Below, one piece after another: positions 1-9,207 of a DNA stretch of 32,000 bases (its first letter is position 1; the number at the start of each line of letters is the position of its first letter). The notes below the pieces were generated by a model, which was not told where the DNA came from, searched no databases, and saw only the letters and a list, made by a program, of their open reading frames with translations. The position numbers and the translations under genes were made by a program. The DNA comes from Nitrosopumilus maritimus SCM1 (GTDB lineage Archaea > Thermoproteota > Nitrososphaeria > Nitrososphaerales > Nitrosopumilaceae): NCBI RefSeq assembly GCF_000018465.1, contig NC_010085.1, positions 90,001-122,000 of the forward strand. Direction: 5' to 3'.

Positions 1-212
1 ATTGTTTTTGATTTTGATTTTTCAAATAATGCAGCAGGATCATATTCCCCTAATTCACTTTTTGCAGCACGTAGTTTTCTTTGAAATTTAATAGAATATT
101 CATCCGTATCAATTGGTGTACAATTACAAAATAATTTTTTATTTGTAGCTAGTTGCTGATGAATTTCAAGTCCTACTTTTACACCTAATTCGTTTATTGA
201 AAACTCTGACAT
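1..212 (-). CDS. gatE: Glu-tRNA(Gln) amidotransferase subunit E, N-terminal fragment (continues beyond the window)
   Basis: My translation from ATG 212-210 reads MSEFSINELGVKVGLEIHQQLATNKKLFCNCTPIDTDEYSIKFQRKLRAAKSELGEYDPAALFEKSKSKT. GLEIHQQL...KLFCxC is the GatE/GatB N-terminal signature. The ATG lies 8 nt after the gatD stop, and GGAG overlaps that stop. Confidence 0.85.
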   Translation of the reverse strand, partial: MSEFSINELGVKVGLEIHQQLATNKKLFCNCTPIDTDEYSIKFQRKLRAAKSELGEYDPAALFEKSKSKT

Positions 213-220
213 TTTTTCTC

Positions 221-1510
221 CTAAATTGACATTTCAGATGCAATATTATCAAGCATAATTTCTTTTACTTCCTCAATATTCTGAGTATTTCCTAATGCCC
301 ACATTGCTTTTACTAGAGCAACTTCTGGAAGCATATTCTCTAAAGGAATTATGCCTAAATTTAGAAGATCTCTGCCACTTTCATAGACGGTCATTCTTAC
401 CCTTCCATCAATACACTGTGATGTCATGCCTAGAAATATCCCTTTTTCACTAGCTTTTTTTACAGAATCATACATGACCCTTCCAATATGTCCTAATCCT
501 GTACCTTCAAAGATTATTCCTTTGTATCCGTTGTCAATAATTTGTTCAACTAATTTTGGATCATATCCTGGATAGTATTTTACTAATGCAATTTTTGTAT
601 CTAGATTAATTTTTGGTTGGAATTTTTGAACTTTATAGAACTCTTTTGAAATATTTTTTTGAATTTTTTCTTCTGCAATTATGAAAGCAGGATCATCTCC
701 TACTGTTTGAAATGCTCCTCGTTTACTTGTATGATTTTTCCTAACTCTTGTTCCAATGTGACATGCAACGGTATTGTCATTTTCATCATTGTGCATAACA
801 ATGTACACTCCTTTTGTTTTGCTTTCGGTAATGAATTTAGTGGCACCAATTAGATTTAATGCTGCATCTGATGATGCTCTATCCGATGATCTTTGTGAAC
901 CAACTAAAACAATTGGAACTGGAAATCCTGCGAGTGCAAATGAAAGAAATGATGATGTATAATGCATTGTGTCTGTTCCATGAGCAATGATAATTCCTGA
1001 ATAGTCTGAATTTGAATAACTACTAATTTTATTAGCTATCTCTAACCAATTTTCTGGCATAATGTTTTCAGAATATTCTGATAACAAAACTTCTGCATCA
1101 ATATTTGCAATTTTAGAAAGCTCTGGAACTGATGAATTCAATTCTTCTGCAGTTAGCACTGGAGTAACTGCTCCTGTTCTATAGTCTACTTTACTTGCAA
1201 TCGTACCTCCTGTTGAAAGTAACAATACTTTTGGTAATCCGTCTATTTTGCTGATTTTTTCAAGTTCATCAATATTTTTTTCTGATGATTGAATTTTTTC
1301 AATACTCTCAATTTTTGCAATTTCTAATCCCACATTATACCCACTCTTTAACTTCAGAACAATGTGTTTGTCGTCACTATGCTCATATCGAGGCATAATT
1401 ATGCCTGAATATGTAATATCTGAGAGGATTTTGACTGAATCTCCAACAACTACTTGATTGCTCTTTAGAAATTCTAACGAATTGCCTTCATATCCTCTAT
1501 ATTCTGACAT
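221..1510 (-). CDS. gatD: Glu-tRNA(Gln) amidotransferase subunit D (asparaginase-like)
   Basis: The 429-aa ORF carries asparaginase-family motifs LLSTGGTIAS and HGTDTM. It sits directly upstream of gatE on the same strand, the archaeal GatDE arrangement. Confidence 0.9.
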   Translation of the reverse strand: MSEYRGYEGNSLEFLKSNQVVVGDSVKILSDITYSGIIMPRYEHSDDKHIVLKLKSGYNVGLEIAKIESIEKIQSSEKNIDELEKISKIDGLPKVLLLSTGGTIASKVDYRTGAVTPVLTAEELNSSVPELSKIANIDAEVLLSEYSENIMPENWLEIANKISSYSNSDYSGIIIAHGTDTMHYTSSFLSFALAGFPVPIVLVGSQRSSDRASSDAALNLIGATKFITESKTKGVYIVMHNDENDNTVACHIGTRVRKNHTSKRGAFQTVGDDPAFIIAEEKIQKNISKEFYKVQKFQPKINLDTKIALVKYYPGYDPKLVEQIIDNGYKGIIFEGTGLGHIGRVMYDSVKKASEKGIFLGMTSQCIDGRVRMTVYESGRDLLNLGIIPLENMLPEVALVKAMWALGNTQNIEEVKEIMLDNIASEMSI

Positions 1511-1542
1511 TTACGAGAATTAGATTTGCTATTTAATTAAAA

Positions 1543-3711
1543 CTACCTGTAATAGGAAGCAACTAGCTTTTCACCCATCTTGAGGTCTTTTTGTTCTCTT
1601 ACTTTCTTTACTGCTTCTTCAAAGTGTTTCATTGTTACTTTGGCTTCTATGCTGCTCTTTTCAACATCTTTTACATCTGGATGTTTGTCTAGGAATTCAT
1701 GAATTACTAATGAAACTGCTGTATTTGCAATAGATGAAGTATCTGCACCACTCATTCCATCTGTAATTTCTGCAATCTTTTCCATATCTACATCATCACC
1801 CATAGGAATTTTTTCAGCATTAATTTCAAGAATACGTTTTCTACTATCTTTATCTGGATTTGGTACTTGAATAATTTTATCAAATCTTCCTGGTCTTAAC
1901 AATGCTGGATCAATCATGTCTGCTCTGTTTGTTGCAGCTAGAACAACAACTCCATGCATGTTTTCCATTCCATCTAACTCTGTAAGTAATTGGCTGACAA
2001 CTCTTTCAGTAACTGCAGTTTCTCCACCTGCTCCTCTAATTGGTGCAATAGAATCAATTTCATCAAAGAAAACTACACATGGGGCAGATTGTCTTGCTCT
2101 TTTGAAAATTTCTCTAATTCCTCTTTCAGATTCGCCTACCCATTTTGATAATAACTCAGGACCTCTAACTGAAACAAAGTTTGCTTCACTTTGGGTTGCA
2201 ACAGCTTTTGCTAGTAATGTTTTACCAGTACCACTAGGACCGTGAAGCAATATTCCTCTTGGCATGCTGTGACCAAGTTTGTCATATAGTGCTGGATATT
2301 TCATTGGCCATTCAACTGCTTCTTGTAATTCACGTTTAACATCCTCTAAACCGCCAACTTCATCCCATTTTACATCTGGATTTTCAATGAAAACTTCTCT
2401 CATTCCAGATGGAGTTACCTCAATTAGGGCTTTTTGGAAATCTTCATGATTTACAATTAATTTATCCAAAGTCTCAGGTGGGATTTTTTCTTCTTCGAGA
2501 TTTAGAATTGGTAATAATCTTCTCAAACATTTCATTGCAGCCTCTTTACAGAGGTATTCCAAGTCTGCACCAACATATCCGTGGCTAATTGCTGAAATTT
2601 TATCCACGTTTACATCGTCAGATAATGGCATGTTTCTGCTGTGAATTGCAAGAATGTCTTTTCTTCCTTTTTTATCTGGTACTTTGATCTCAATCTCTCT
2701 ATCAAATCTTCCTGGTCTTCTAAGTGCAGGATCAATTGCATTTGGTCTATTTGTTGCAGAAATTACAATGACTTTACCTCTTGCTTCTAATCCATCCATT
2801 AATGATAACATCTGAGATACTACTCTTCTTTCAACTTCTCCGGTAACTTCTTCTCTTTTTGGTGCAATAGAATCTATTTCATCAACAAAGATTATTGAAG
2901 GGGCCTTTTCTCTTGCTTCTTTGAAAATCTCTCTTAATCTTGCTTCACTTTCACCATAAAACTTACTCATAATTTCTGGACCTGAAATACTGATAAAGTG
3001 TGCATTACTTTCGTTTGCAACAGCTTTTGCTAGTAATGTTTTACCTGTTCCTGGTGGACCATAAAGTAAAACACCTTTTGGAGCTTCAATTCCTAGTTTT
3101 TCAAAAATTTCAGGATGTCTTAATGGGAGTTCAATCATTTCTCTTACTTTCTTTATCTCATCAGTCAAACCTCCAATGTCTTCATAGGTTACTTGTGGAA
3201 CTCCACGTAATGTTTCACCTTTTTCTGCAATATGGAAAACTGTCTTTTGGGTGATCAAAACTGCATCAGCAGCTGGTGTGACTCCAATTACTTGAAAAGT
3301 TAAACGTCCACCAAAGTATGGCACCATTACATTGTCTCCTTTAATCAAAGGAACACTTTCTAAAGCATCCGCAAGATATCTTTCATCAATTGGTGGAATT
3401 GCTTCTAATGGAGCAACTACGACCTTTTCTGCAGCTACGGCTTTGATTTTCCTAACTGAAATTGTATCTCCAATTGCAATTCCTGAATTATTCCTTCCAA
3501 GGCCATCAATTCTGATAATTCCCTTTCCTTCATCAGATGGGTATAATGGAAGACATTTTGCAACTGTTCTTCTTTTACCTTTAATTTCAATAACATCGCC
3601 TGTGGATGCATTTAATGTATCCATAGAATCATAATCTATTCTTGCTACTCCTCTTCCGACATCTCTAGTGTATGCCTCTAAAACTTTGAGAGAAAGTGCG
3701 TTTTGACTCAT
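1543..3711 (-). CDS. cdc48: Cdc48/VCP-type AAA+ ATPase (N domain plus D1 and D2)
   Basis: It has two Walker A motifs ([16 protein letters not shown]), two DEID Walker B motifs and a double AAA architecture. The C-terminus ends in YYR. The track start at 3717 is a TTG. I prefer the ATG at 3711 (MSQNALS...) because a TATA-like GATATAAAAA lies about 27 nt upstream of it. Confidence 0.9.
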   Translation of the reverse strand: MSQNALSLKVLEAYTRDVGRGVARIDYDSMDTLNASTGDVIEIKGKRRTVAKCLPLYPSDEGKGIIRIDGLGRNNSGIAIGDTISVRKIKAVAAEKVVVAPLEAIPPIDERYLADALESVPLIKGDNVMVPYFGGRLTFQVIGVTPAADAVLITQKTVFHIAEKGETLRGVPQVTYEDIGGLTDEIKKVREMIELPLRHPEIFEKLGIEAPKGVLLYGPPGTGKTLLAKAVANESNAHFISISGPEIMSKFYGESEARLREIFKEAREKAPSIIFVDEIDSIAPKREEVTGEVERRVVSQMLSLMDGLEARGKVIVISATNRPNAIDPALRRPGRFDREIEIKVPDKKGRKDILAIHSRNMPLSDDVNVDKISAISHGYVGADLEYLCKEAAMKCLRRLLPILNLEEEKIPPETLDKLIVNHEDFQKALIEVTPSGMREVFIENPDVKWDEVGGLEDVKRELQEAVEWPMKYPALYDKLGHSMPRGILLHGPSGTGKTLLAKAVATQSEANFVSVRGPELLSKWVGESERGIREIFKRARQSAPCVVFFDEIDSIAPIRGAGGETAVTERVVSQLLTELDGMENMHGVVVLAATNRADMIDPALLRPGRFDKIIQVPNPDKDSRKRILEINAEKIPMGDDVDMEKIAEITDGMSGADTSSIANTAVSLVIHEFLDKHPDVKDVEKSSIEAKVTMKHFEEAVKKVREQKDLKMGEKLVASYYR

Positions 3712-3815
3712 ATTCAAATGCCCTCTGTCTAATTTTTATATCTTTGTGGTAATTTATCCAAAGACCAGGTAAAAATCACAAGCTTAAAATCCTCTTTACG
3801 TAGGAAACGATCAGC

Positions 3816-4550
3816 TTGGGTAAGAGACCATTAGTAAGAAGACGTGGCCGTGGAGGCAATCAATTTAGATCTACTTCTACTGGTAAAGTAGGCACCAAAG
3901 CAAATTATCCTCGTTTTCCGCTATCTGAACAACATGAAGGTGAAATTATTGACCTTGTTCATGAACGTGGTAGAGAAGCACCTTTAGCTAAAGTAAGATT
4001 TGAAGATGGTTCCGTATCGTTTGTTCCAGCAGTTCTTGGAGCAAAAGTTGGTGAAACTCTACAATTTGGATTAAAATCAAAAATTGAAAAAGGTAATGTA
4101 ATTAGTATTCAAAACATTCCTGATGGAACTATTGTATGTAATATTGAAAAGCACTTTGGTGATGGCGGCGCAATTGTAAAATCTGCCGGAACTGATGCAA
4201 CTGTTTTCTCTCATGGCGATGAAGGTGTTACGGTAAAACTTCCTTCTGGAAAATTCACTACACTTAACCCAAAAAACAGAGCTATGATTGGAACTCTAGC
4301 TGGAGGTGGAGCTAGCGAAAGACCATTTATGAGTGCTGGTGGCAAATGGAGAAACTTTAAAGCTAAAGGAAAGAAATATCCGATTGTTAGAGGTGTTGCT
4401 CAAGCAGCCTATGTTCACCCACACGGTGGTGGTCGTCACCAACATGTTGGACAAAGTTCTACTGTTTCTAGAGATACTCCTCCAGGAGCCAAAGTCGGAA
4501 GCATTGCTGCAAGAAAGACTGGTAGAGCTAGAATTAAAGAAAGAAAGTAG
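3816..4550 (+). CDS. rpl2: 50S ribosomal protein uL2 (L2P)
   Basis: The protein begins MGKRPLVRRRGRGGNQFRS and contains HPHGGGRHQHVG, both characteristic of L2. The start codon is TTG (3816-3818). A TATA-like TTAAAAT lies at 3784-3790. Confidence 0.92.
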   Translation: MGKRPLVRRRGRGGNQFRSTSTGKVGTKANYPRFPLSEQHEGEIIDLVHERGREAPLAKVRFEDGSVSFVPAVLGAKVGETLQFGLKSKIEKGNVISIQNIPDGTIVCNIEKHFGDGGAIVKSAGTDATVFSHGDEGVTVKLPSGKFTTLNPKNRAMIGTLAGGGASERPFMSAGGKWRNFKAKGKKYPIVRGVAQAAYVHPHGGGRHQHVGQSSTVSRDTPPGAKVGSIAARKTGRARIKERK

Positions 4551-4600
4551 TTTTCTCTTTAACCTAAAATTGATTAATAGCCCAAAGAAATCTTTGATGA

Positions 4601-4879
4601 ATGTCAAACCAACGAATTAGACTTTTTGTAACTGGTAGAGTTCAAGGTGTTTTTTTCCGTCAGACTTTGAAAACAAAAGCAATACAAAATGATGTTTTTG
4701 GATGGGTAAAAAATCTCAAAGATGGTCGTGTTGAGGCCATTTTGGAAGGTGATGAAGAAAATGTTAGTAGATTGGTTGAATGGGCCCATGGGGGTCCTGC
4801 AAATGCAATAGTCGAAGATGTAGAAATAAGAAATGAAAAATTTAGTGGCGAATTTTCAAAGTTTGATGTTTTGTATTAA
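4601..4879 (+). CDS. acyP: Acylphosphatase
   Basis: The 92-aa protein contains VTGRVQGVFFRQ...GWVKNLKDGRVEAILEG, the acylphosphatase signature. Confidence 0.88.
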   Translation: MSNQRIRLFVTGRVQGVFFRQTLKTKAIQNDVFGWVKNLKDGRVEAILEGDEENVSRLVEWAHGGPANAIVEDVEIRNEKFSGEFSKFDVLY

Positions 4880-5208
4880 TGAATTTGTTCATATGCTCTT
4901 TTTATTACATCTCCAAATTCTGAGATCTTTTGGTCTTTATCAATTTGAATAATTTCTACAGGTTCTTTTCTACTCTTTTGGAGTTTTATTATTACTCCTT
5001 CTTTTTGAGGCTCTACATCTGTAAACCATCTAAATGTCATTGATTTACAAAAAACAACTCTGTGCATTCTAACATCTTCAATCACATTTTCTCCTAAATT
5101 AAAACAAAATTCCCTAATTGAATCAAATAGAGGTAATACTTGGATTGGAATTTGTTTTTTAAAATCTTCATAATTTCTTTTATTTCCAAATGAAATTATC
5201 CCTTCCAT
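4876..5208 (-). CDS. Hypothetical protein, possibly DUF5655-like
   Basis: This is a clean 110-aa ORF with an ATG start. It resembles the DUF5655 pattern only weakly, by eye (LFDSIREFCFNLGENVIEDVRMHRVVF...). Its stop overlaps the acyP stop. Confidence 0.4.
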   Translation of the reverse strand: MEGIISFGNKRNYEDFKKQIPIQVLPLFDSIREFCFNLGENVIEDVRMHRVVFCKSMTFRWFTDVEPQKEGVIIKLQKSRKEPVEIIQIDKDQKISEFGDVIKRAYEQIH

Positions 5209-5237
5209 AACTTTGTAAATTTGAATTTAATAATAAA

Positions 5238-5555
5238 TGGTAGCAGCTCTGTTGGTTCCAGTCTAGACGAATAGCCCCATTTCAAGGCATACAAGATCCG
5301 CCACGTTGACGAGGAAGCGTGGATGCTCCACCTTAGGATTGCTCCCTCCCGGACCTCATCCCTTTCGATGGTTCGGTCTTAGAAGTTATCCCTTCGGATA
5401 ATTCTAGTCCTGCAACCACCCGCCTCGGCGTGATTTCATTTCCGCACACCAAGCGGGAATTACCCATCTAGAGATTTACCCAACAGTTACTGATCTCTGC
5501 ATATAGCCGGTTTCAGAACAGGGCACGGCTGGCACCCCGATCCTACCTGCTACCA
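5238..5555 (-). ncRNA. ffs: Signal recognition particle RNA (archaeal 7S RNA)
   Basis: This is the only strongly GC-rich block in the window and it is non-coding. Terminal helix: UGGUAGCAG (5' end) pairs with CUGCUACCA (3' end). The minus-strand read contains GAGGUCCGGGAGGGAGCAAUCC, matching the conserved SRP motif AGGYCCGGRAGGGAGCAA. The 5' part contains GCCCUGUUCUGAAACCGGC, which looks like an Alu domain. The ~318-nt length fits archaeal SRP RNA. Ends are accurate to about 5 nt. Confidence 0.85.
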
Positions 5556-5576
5556 ATTTTTCTAAAACAAAGTATG

Positions 5577-5584
5577 TTATATTT
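5577..5584 (-). promoter_or_regulatory. TATA-like box for the SRP RNA gene
   Basis: AAATATAA (minus strand) is centred about 26 nt upstream of the predicted RNA 5' end. It lies just downstream of the ttuA-like stop codon. Confidence 0.4.
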
Positions 5585-5587
5585 GCA

Positions 5588-6502
5588 TTAGGTTTGATTT
5601 TCCTTTAGTTTCAAAATCATGTTGCAAACTGAGCACACATTTCCTGTACAATCACTACCACATTTCTTACAAACCGTTTTTTCTTTGTAGTTTGTTTCTT
5701 TTACAATATTTGATACTCTGAGAATTGATTGATACAAATTATTTTTAATTCCGCTATGTTGTTTTTCTAATGAGTTTAGAAATTCACGAATCTCTGTTCT
5801 TATTCCTTCATTCATGTGAGGACATGGTTCTGATTGAAATGGGATGTCGTTTGTAAATGCATAAAATACTATTTCAGATTCATATATCTCACAAAACGGT
5901 TTGATTTTTCTTAAAGAATTTGATGATGTATCAGGTTCCATCCAACCAATCTTATTTGTATCTCCTGAAAGCATGTTTATGACAAATGTCTGTAATGTGT
6001 CATCTAGATTATGTCCTGTTGCAATAACATCTGCTCCAACATCTTTTGCTGCATGATCGATTGCTCTTCTTCTTAGAGTTCCACAAATTGAACATGAAGA
6101 TGTTTTTTCGTTTTCTCTTAAATCTAATGCTTCATCAAGTGTTAATTCAAAGAGATTCTTGTAGGAGTAAACTTTGTGTTCTACACCCAATTCCCCACAA
6201 AATTTTTCAACAATCTCTAATGCTTCGTTTCTGTATCCTGGAATTCCTTCATCAATCGTAATTGTTTTAATTCTAAAATTATGAGATGATGCCATTTCAT
6301 GAATAATTTTTAACAGTGCTAAGGAGTCTTTTCCTCCAGATACTGCAACTGCTACTAATTCATTATTTTTGATCATATTATGTTTAGATATGGTTTTTGC
6401 AGTCTTTCTTACAATAGAGTTTGAGAAACATTTTGAACAGAGCTTTTGTCCAGAATATTTTCTAGTATAAACTGCTAAATTTTCACAGTAGTCACACTTC
6501 AT
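5588..6502 (-). CDS. tRNA 2-thiolation PP-loop ATPase, TtuA/NcsA (Ctu1) family
   Basis: It has the PP-loop SGGKDS, an N-terminal CxxC...CxxC zinc finger, a central CSICGTLRR and a C-terminal CKKCG...CSVC finger. This is the TtuA/NcsA architecture. Motifs alone do not decide between U34 and U54 specificity. Confidence 0.8.
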   Translation of the reverse strand: MKCDYCENLAVYTRKYSGQKLCSKCFSNSIVRKTAKTISKHNMIKNNELVAVAVSGGKDSLALLKIIHEMASSHNFRIKTITIDEGIPGYRNEALEIVEKFCGELGVEHKVYSYKNLFELTLDEALDLRENEKTSSCSICGTLRRRAIDHAAKDVGADVIATGHNLDDTLQTFVINMLSGDTNKIGWMEPDTSSNSLRKIKPFCEIYESEIVFYAFTNDIPFQSEPCPHMNEGIRTEIREFLNSLEKQHSGIKNNLYQSILRVSNIVKETNYKEKTVCKKCGSDCTGNVCSVCNMILKLKENQT

Positions 6503-6622
6503 GATTTTGAATATTTTTTTTCATTAATGATTCTTTAGATAGTTTAAAATTAAATTATTTTTGCTTAATAAAGACCAAAATATTTTCAAAGACTTAAATC
6601 TTATATAGAAATTTTTTGCTTG

Positions 6623-7543
6623 ATGAATGAAAGTAAAAAATATGATTTTATTGATAATGCTTTTTGCCCTTGTTGCTCATCTAACAATCTTTACATCGCA
6701 TTTGAAAAGAGTTTCTTTAATCTACCTGTTTTGAAATGTAATGAATGTGGATTACATTTTATTTGGGACAAAAACCTAACATTGAATCTGGAAAAATATT
6801 ATGATGAAACTTATTGGGATGTATTTAGAAATATCAAAAATAAACAAATTAAAAATCAACAAACTGATAATGCTTATTTAATAAAAAAATTTCCAAAATT
6901 CATTCAAAAGTTTTTTGATTGGACAGGTGTACGAAAATCTCTTTCACGCTCACAATCATGGTATCTATTACCCTTGTTGAAAAAAAAACATTCATTGTTT
7001 GAATTAGGTTCTGGTGAAGGATTTATTCTTGAATTTTTTGAGAAAAATGGTTTTGACGTATTTGGTATGGAGCCATCGAAAATAAATTTTTCATTAATTA
7101 ATAGAAAATTAACTTATGGGAAATGTGTAACTGGTTCTGCAGATGATATAAAATCAATAAAAAAAAAATTTGATGTAATAATATTATCACATGTTTTTGA
7201 ACATTTAAAAGATTGTAAACAAGTATTGTTAGATCTAAAAAAAATACTTAACCCTAACGGAATTATTTTCATAGATGTTCCAAATTGCTCAAATCTTAAA
7301 ACATTACATGAGTCAATTTTTACTCAACCTCATATTTTCCATTTTACAAAAAAAAGTATTGAATCCCTATCTTCATCAACAGGATTTTCTATAATTAAAG
7401 CAGACTTTTTTTATGGGAAAGTTTCAACATTTTTAGATCATATAAAATATTTCTTGTTTTGGATTTTTAAAAAAGATTTTTTTATTGTTTCGGATCAAAA
7501 AAATGGAAATTATTTACGAATTATTCTTACAAATTCTGACTAG
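6623..7543 (+). CDS. Class I SAM-dependent methyltransferase with N-terminal zinc ribbon
   Basis: Motif I is ELGSGEGFILEFFEKNGFDVFGMEPS. The N-terminus has CPCC...CNEC. The track start at 6620 is a TTG immediately before the ATG at 6623. Confidence 0.7.
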   Translation: MNESKKYDFIDNAFCPCCSSNNLYIAFEKSFFNLPVLKCNECGLHFIWDKNLTLNLEKYYDETYWDVFRNIKNKQIKNQQTDNAYLIKKFPKFIQKFFDWTGVRKSLSRSQSWYLLPLLKKKHSLFELGSGEGFILEFFEKNGFDVFGMEPSKINFSLINRKLTYGKCVTGSADDIKSIKKKFDVIILSHVFEHLKDCKQVLLDLKKILNPNGIIFIDVPNCSNLKTLHESIFTQPHIFHFTKKSIESLSSSTGFSIIKADFFYGKVSTFLDHIKYFLFWIFKKDFFIVSDQKNGNYLRIILTNSD

Positions 7544-7655
7544 AAAAAATTCAAAACTGTAAATGAATTTTAATATTTTGGTATTATCTGTTCAAATTTT
7601 TAAAATAAAAAAAATTGCAAAAATAATTTAGCGTATCTAATCTATTTGGTATTTT

Positions 7656-8807
7656 TTATATTGTAAACCAACCAGATTTTACATATGAGAGGGCAATGTT
7701 TAGGCCAAACAAAGCAAAAGTAAACGCATAGATTCCCCACATTACTCCATTTACTGCTTTTTCTGAAATTCTTTGATCAATAATCGTATGAATGAATTTA
7801 CCTCCATCTAAAATTGGTAATGGAAGCATATTGATTATTCCAATGAAAAATGAAATCATCCATAACCATAAGAGGAACATTGAGACGTTTGGATCATTCC
7901 ATTCAATAAAATTCAATATAGGCTTGTATGCAAATGAATTATCTCTCATAATTCCAATCAATCCTCTTTCTGGATCATCTGGTGCTGGCATTACTTCAAG
8001 ACTAAAGTCCAATGGTTGTCCATCTCTAAGTACAGAGACACTTGCTGTCTCTCCTGGATTTAAACTGGGGAAATCCGCCGGACTTAGAATGGACTTGTCA
8101 TTGATTGATGTTATGATGTCATTTGCAAGTAATCCTGCTTGCTCTGCTCCTGAATTTTCAATAATTGAAAGAATTAGGACTCCTTCTGGTAATTCGTAAA
8201 ATGTACTTAATAGTGGTTCAGGTAATACCATTGCAAAAAATGGATTTGTAAGTAAAATTACTCCTAAAGCAAATGCAAAAATTACATTTGATGTAGCTCC
8301 TGCTCCAATAACTCTGAGTTTTGAGATCTTTTTTGCTTTGTTGAATTCTTCCTCATCAGGTTCTACAAAGCCTGCAAACATTGCAATGAATATTGCAAAT
8401 CCTCCTGTTTTGATCTTTATCTTTTCTAATGCTGCAACAATACCGTGTGCTCCCTCATGAATTACTAGTACAACTGGAATTGATAGTAAAAAATATGTAA
8501 TTGATGCTGCTGAAGTTAATGTAACTCCTGGAATAAGAACAGTTAATTCTGAAAATTCTGTTTGTGCAACAAAAAAGTTTGCAACATTATTTAGCAAAAA
8601 CCAAAATGCAAAACCCATCATTATAAAACCTGAAATTACACTTACATCTGCAAAAACTCTAATTCCTCTTCTTGTCCGACTAAGAAGTTTTAACAGTACT
8701 GAGTTAACTTGTTTGTTTTTGTAAGTTAGACTGTATGCTTTTATTTCAAAACCATGTTTCTCTAATTTTAGTCCTTTTGCAACAATAACAATTACTACCC
8801 ATGCCAT
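7656..8807 (-). CDS. Site-2 protease, peptidase M50 family with PDZ domain
   Basis: It has the HExxH motif (HEGAHG) in a transmembrane segment, a PDZ-like stretch (GAEQAGLLANDIITSIND) and the second M50 motif NMLPLPILDGG. It is polytopic. The ORF extends to 8915, but that extension overlaps the cutA start and its TATA box, so I prefer ATG 8807 (MAWVV...). Confidence 0.8.
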   Translation of the reverse strand: MAWVVIVIVAKGLKLEKHGFEIKAYSLTYKNKQVNSVLLKLLSRTRRGIRVFADVSVISGFIMMGFAFWFLLNNVANFFVAQTEFSELTVLIPGVTLTSAASITYFLLSIPVVLVIHEGAHGIVAALEKIKIKTGGFAIFIAMFAGFVEPDEEEFNKAKKISKLRVIGAGATSNVIFAFALGVILLTNPFFAMVLPEPLLSTFYELPEGVLILSIIENSGAEQAGLLANDIITSINDKSILSPADFPSLNPGETASVSVLRDGQPLDFSLEVMPAPDDPERGLIGIMRDNSFAYKPILNFIEWNDPNVSMFLLWLWMISFFIGIINMLPLPILDGGKFIHTIIDQRISEKAVNGVMWGIYAFTFALFGLNIALSYVKSGWFTI

Positions 8808-8895
8808 CAACACATAGATAATCGAATTTTGAGTGATAAAATCAAGTTCCAAACTAATTGTAATTTTTTTAAGGTACGGACATTTATCGGTTACT

Positions 8896-9207
8896 ATGAA
8901 ACCCGCGATAATCATTTCAACTTATCCTGATAAAAAATCAATCACAAAAATCGCAAAAATATTTGTAAAAAATAAGACTGTTGCATGTGTAAATATATCA
9001 AAAATAGACTCAATCTATTCTTGGAATAAAAAAATAGAAAATACATCTGAATATATAGCTATTTTCAAAACTACATCAAAAAATACAAAATTACTTAAAG
9101 AAAAAATCAAAGAAACTCATCCATATAATGTTCCTGAAATTGCTGAAATTGATGTAACTTCAATAAACAAATCCTATCTTGATTGGTTGATAGACTCTAC
9201 AAATTAA
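8896..9207 (+). CDS. cutA: Divalent-cation tolerance protein CutA
   Basis: From ATG 8896 the 104-aa protein (MKPAIIISTYPD...ACVNI...SIYSW...HPYNVPEI) is CutA1-like in length and pattern. A TATA-like TTTTTTTAA is centred about 28 nt upstream. Confidence 0.75.
   Translation: MKPAIIISTYPDKKSITKIAKIFVKNKTVACVNISKIDSIYSWNKKIENTSEYIAIFKTTSKNTKLLKEKIKETHPYNVPEIAEIDVTSINKSYLDWLIDSTN

Noticed and set aside
659..962. Plus-strand ORFs 659-853 and 774-962
   Set aside because: They are antisense shadows inside gatD.
1916..3634. Plus-strand ORFs 1916-2245, 3000-3254 and 3332-3634
   Set aside because: They lie entirely antisense within the well-supported cdc48 gene, carry no motifs and have biased low-complexity composition. 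They are shadow ORFs.
4296..4789. ORFs 4296-4607 (-), 4333-4620 (+) and 4604-4789 (-)
   Set aside because: They overlap rpl2 or acyP in other frames or on the other strand, and the translations are not protein-like.
5238..5555. RNase P RNA as an alternative identity for the GC-rich non-coding block
   Set aside because: The size range and the GAAACCGGCUAU-like stretch made me consider it. However, the minus strand carries the SRP motif AGGUCCGGGAGGGAGCAA and lacks a convincing RNase P P4 pair (GGAAAGUCC...ACAGAA). SRP RNA fits better.
7792..8199. Plus-strand 135-aa ORF
   Set aside because: It is antisense within the M50 protease gene and has no motifs.
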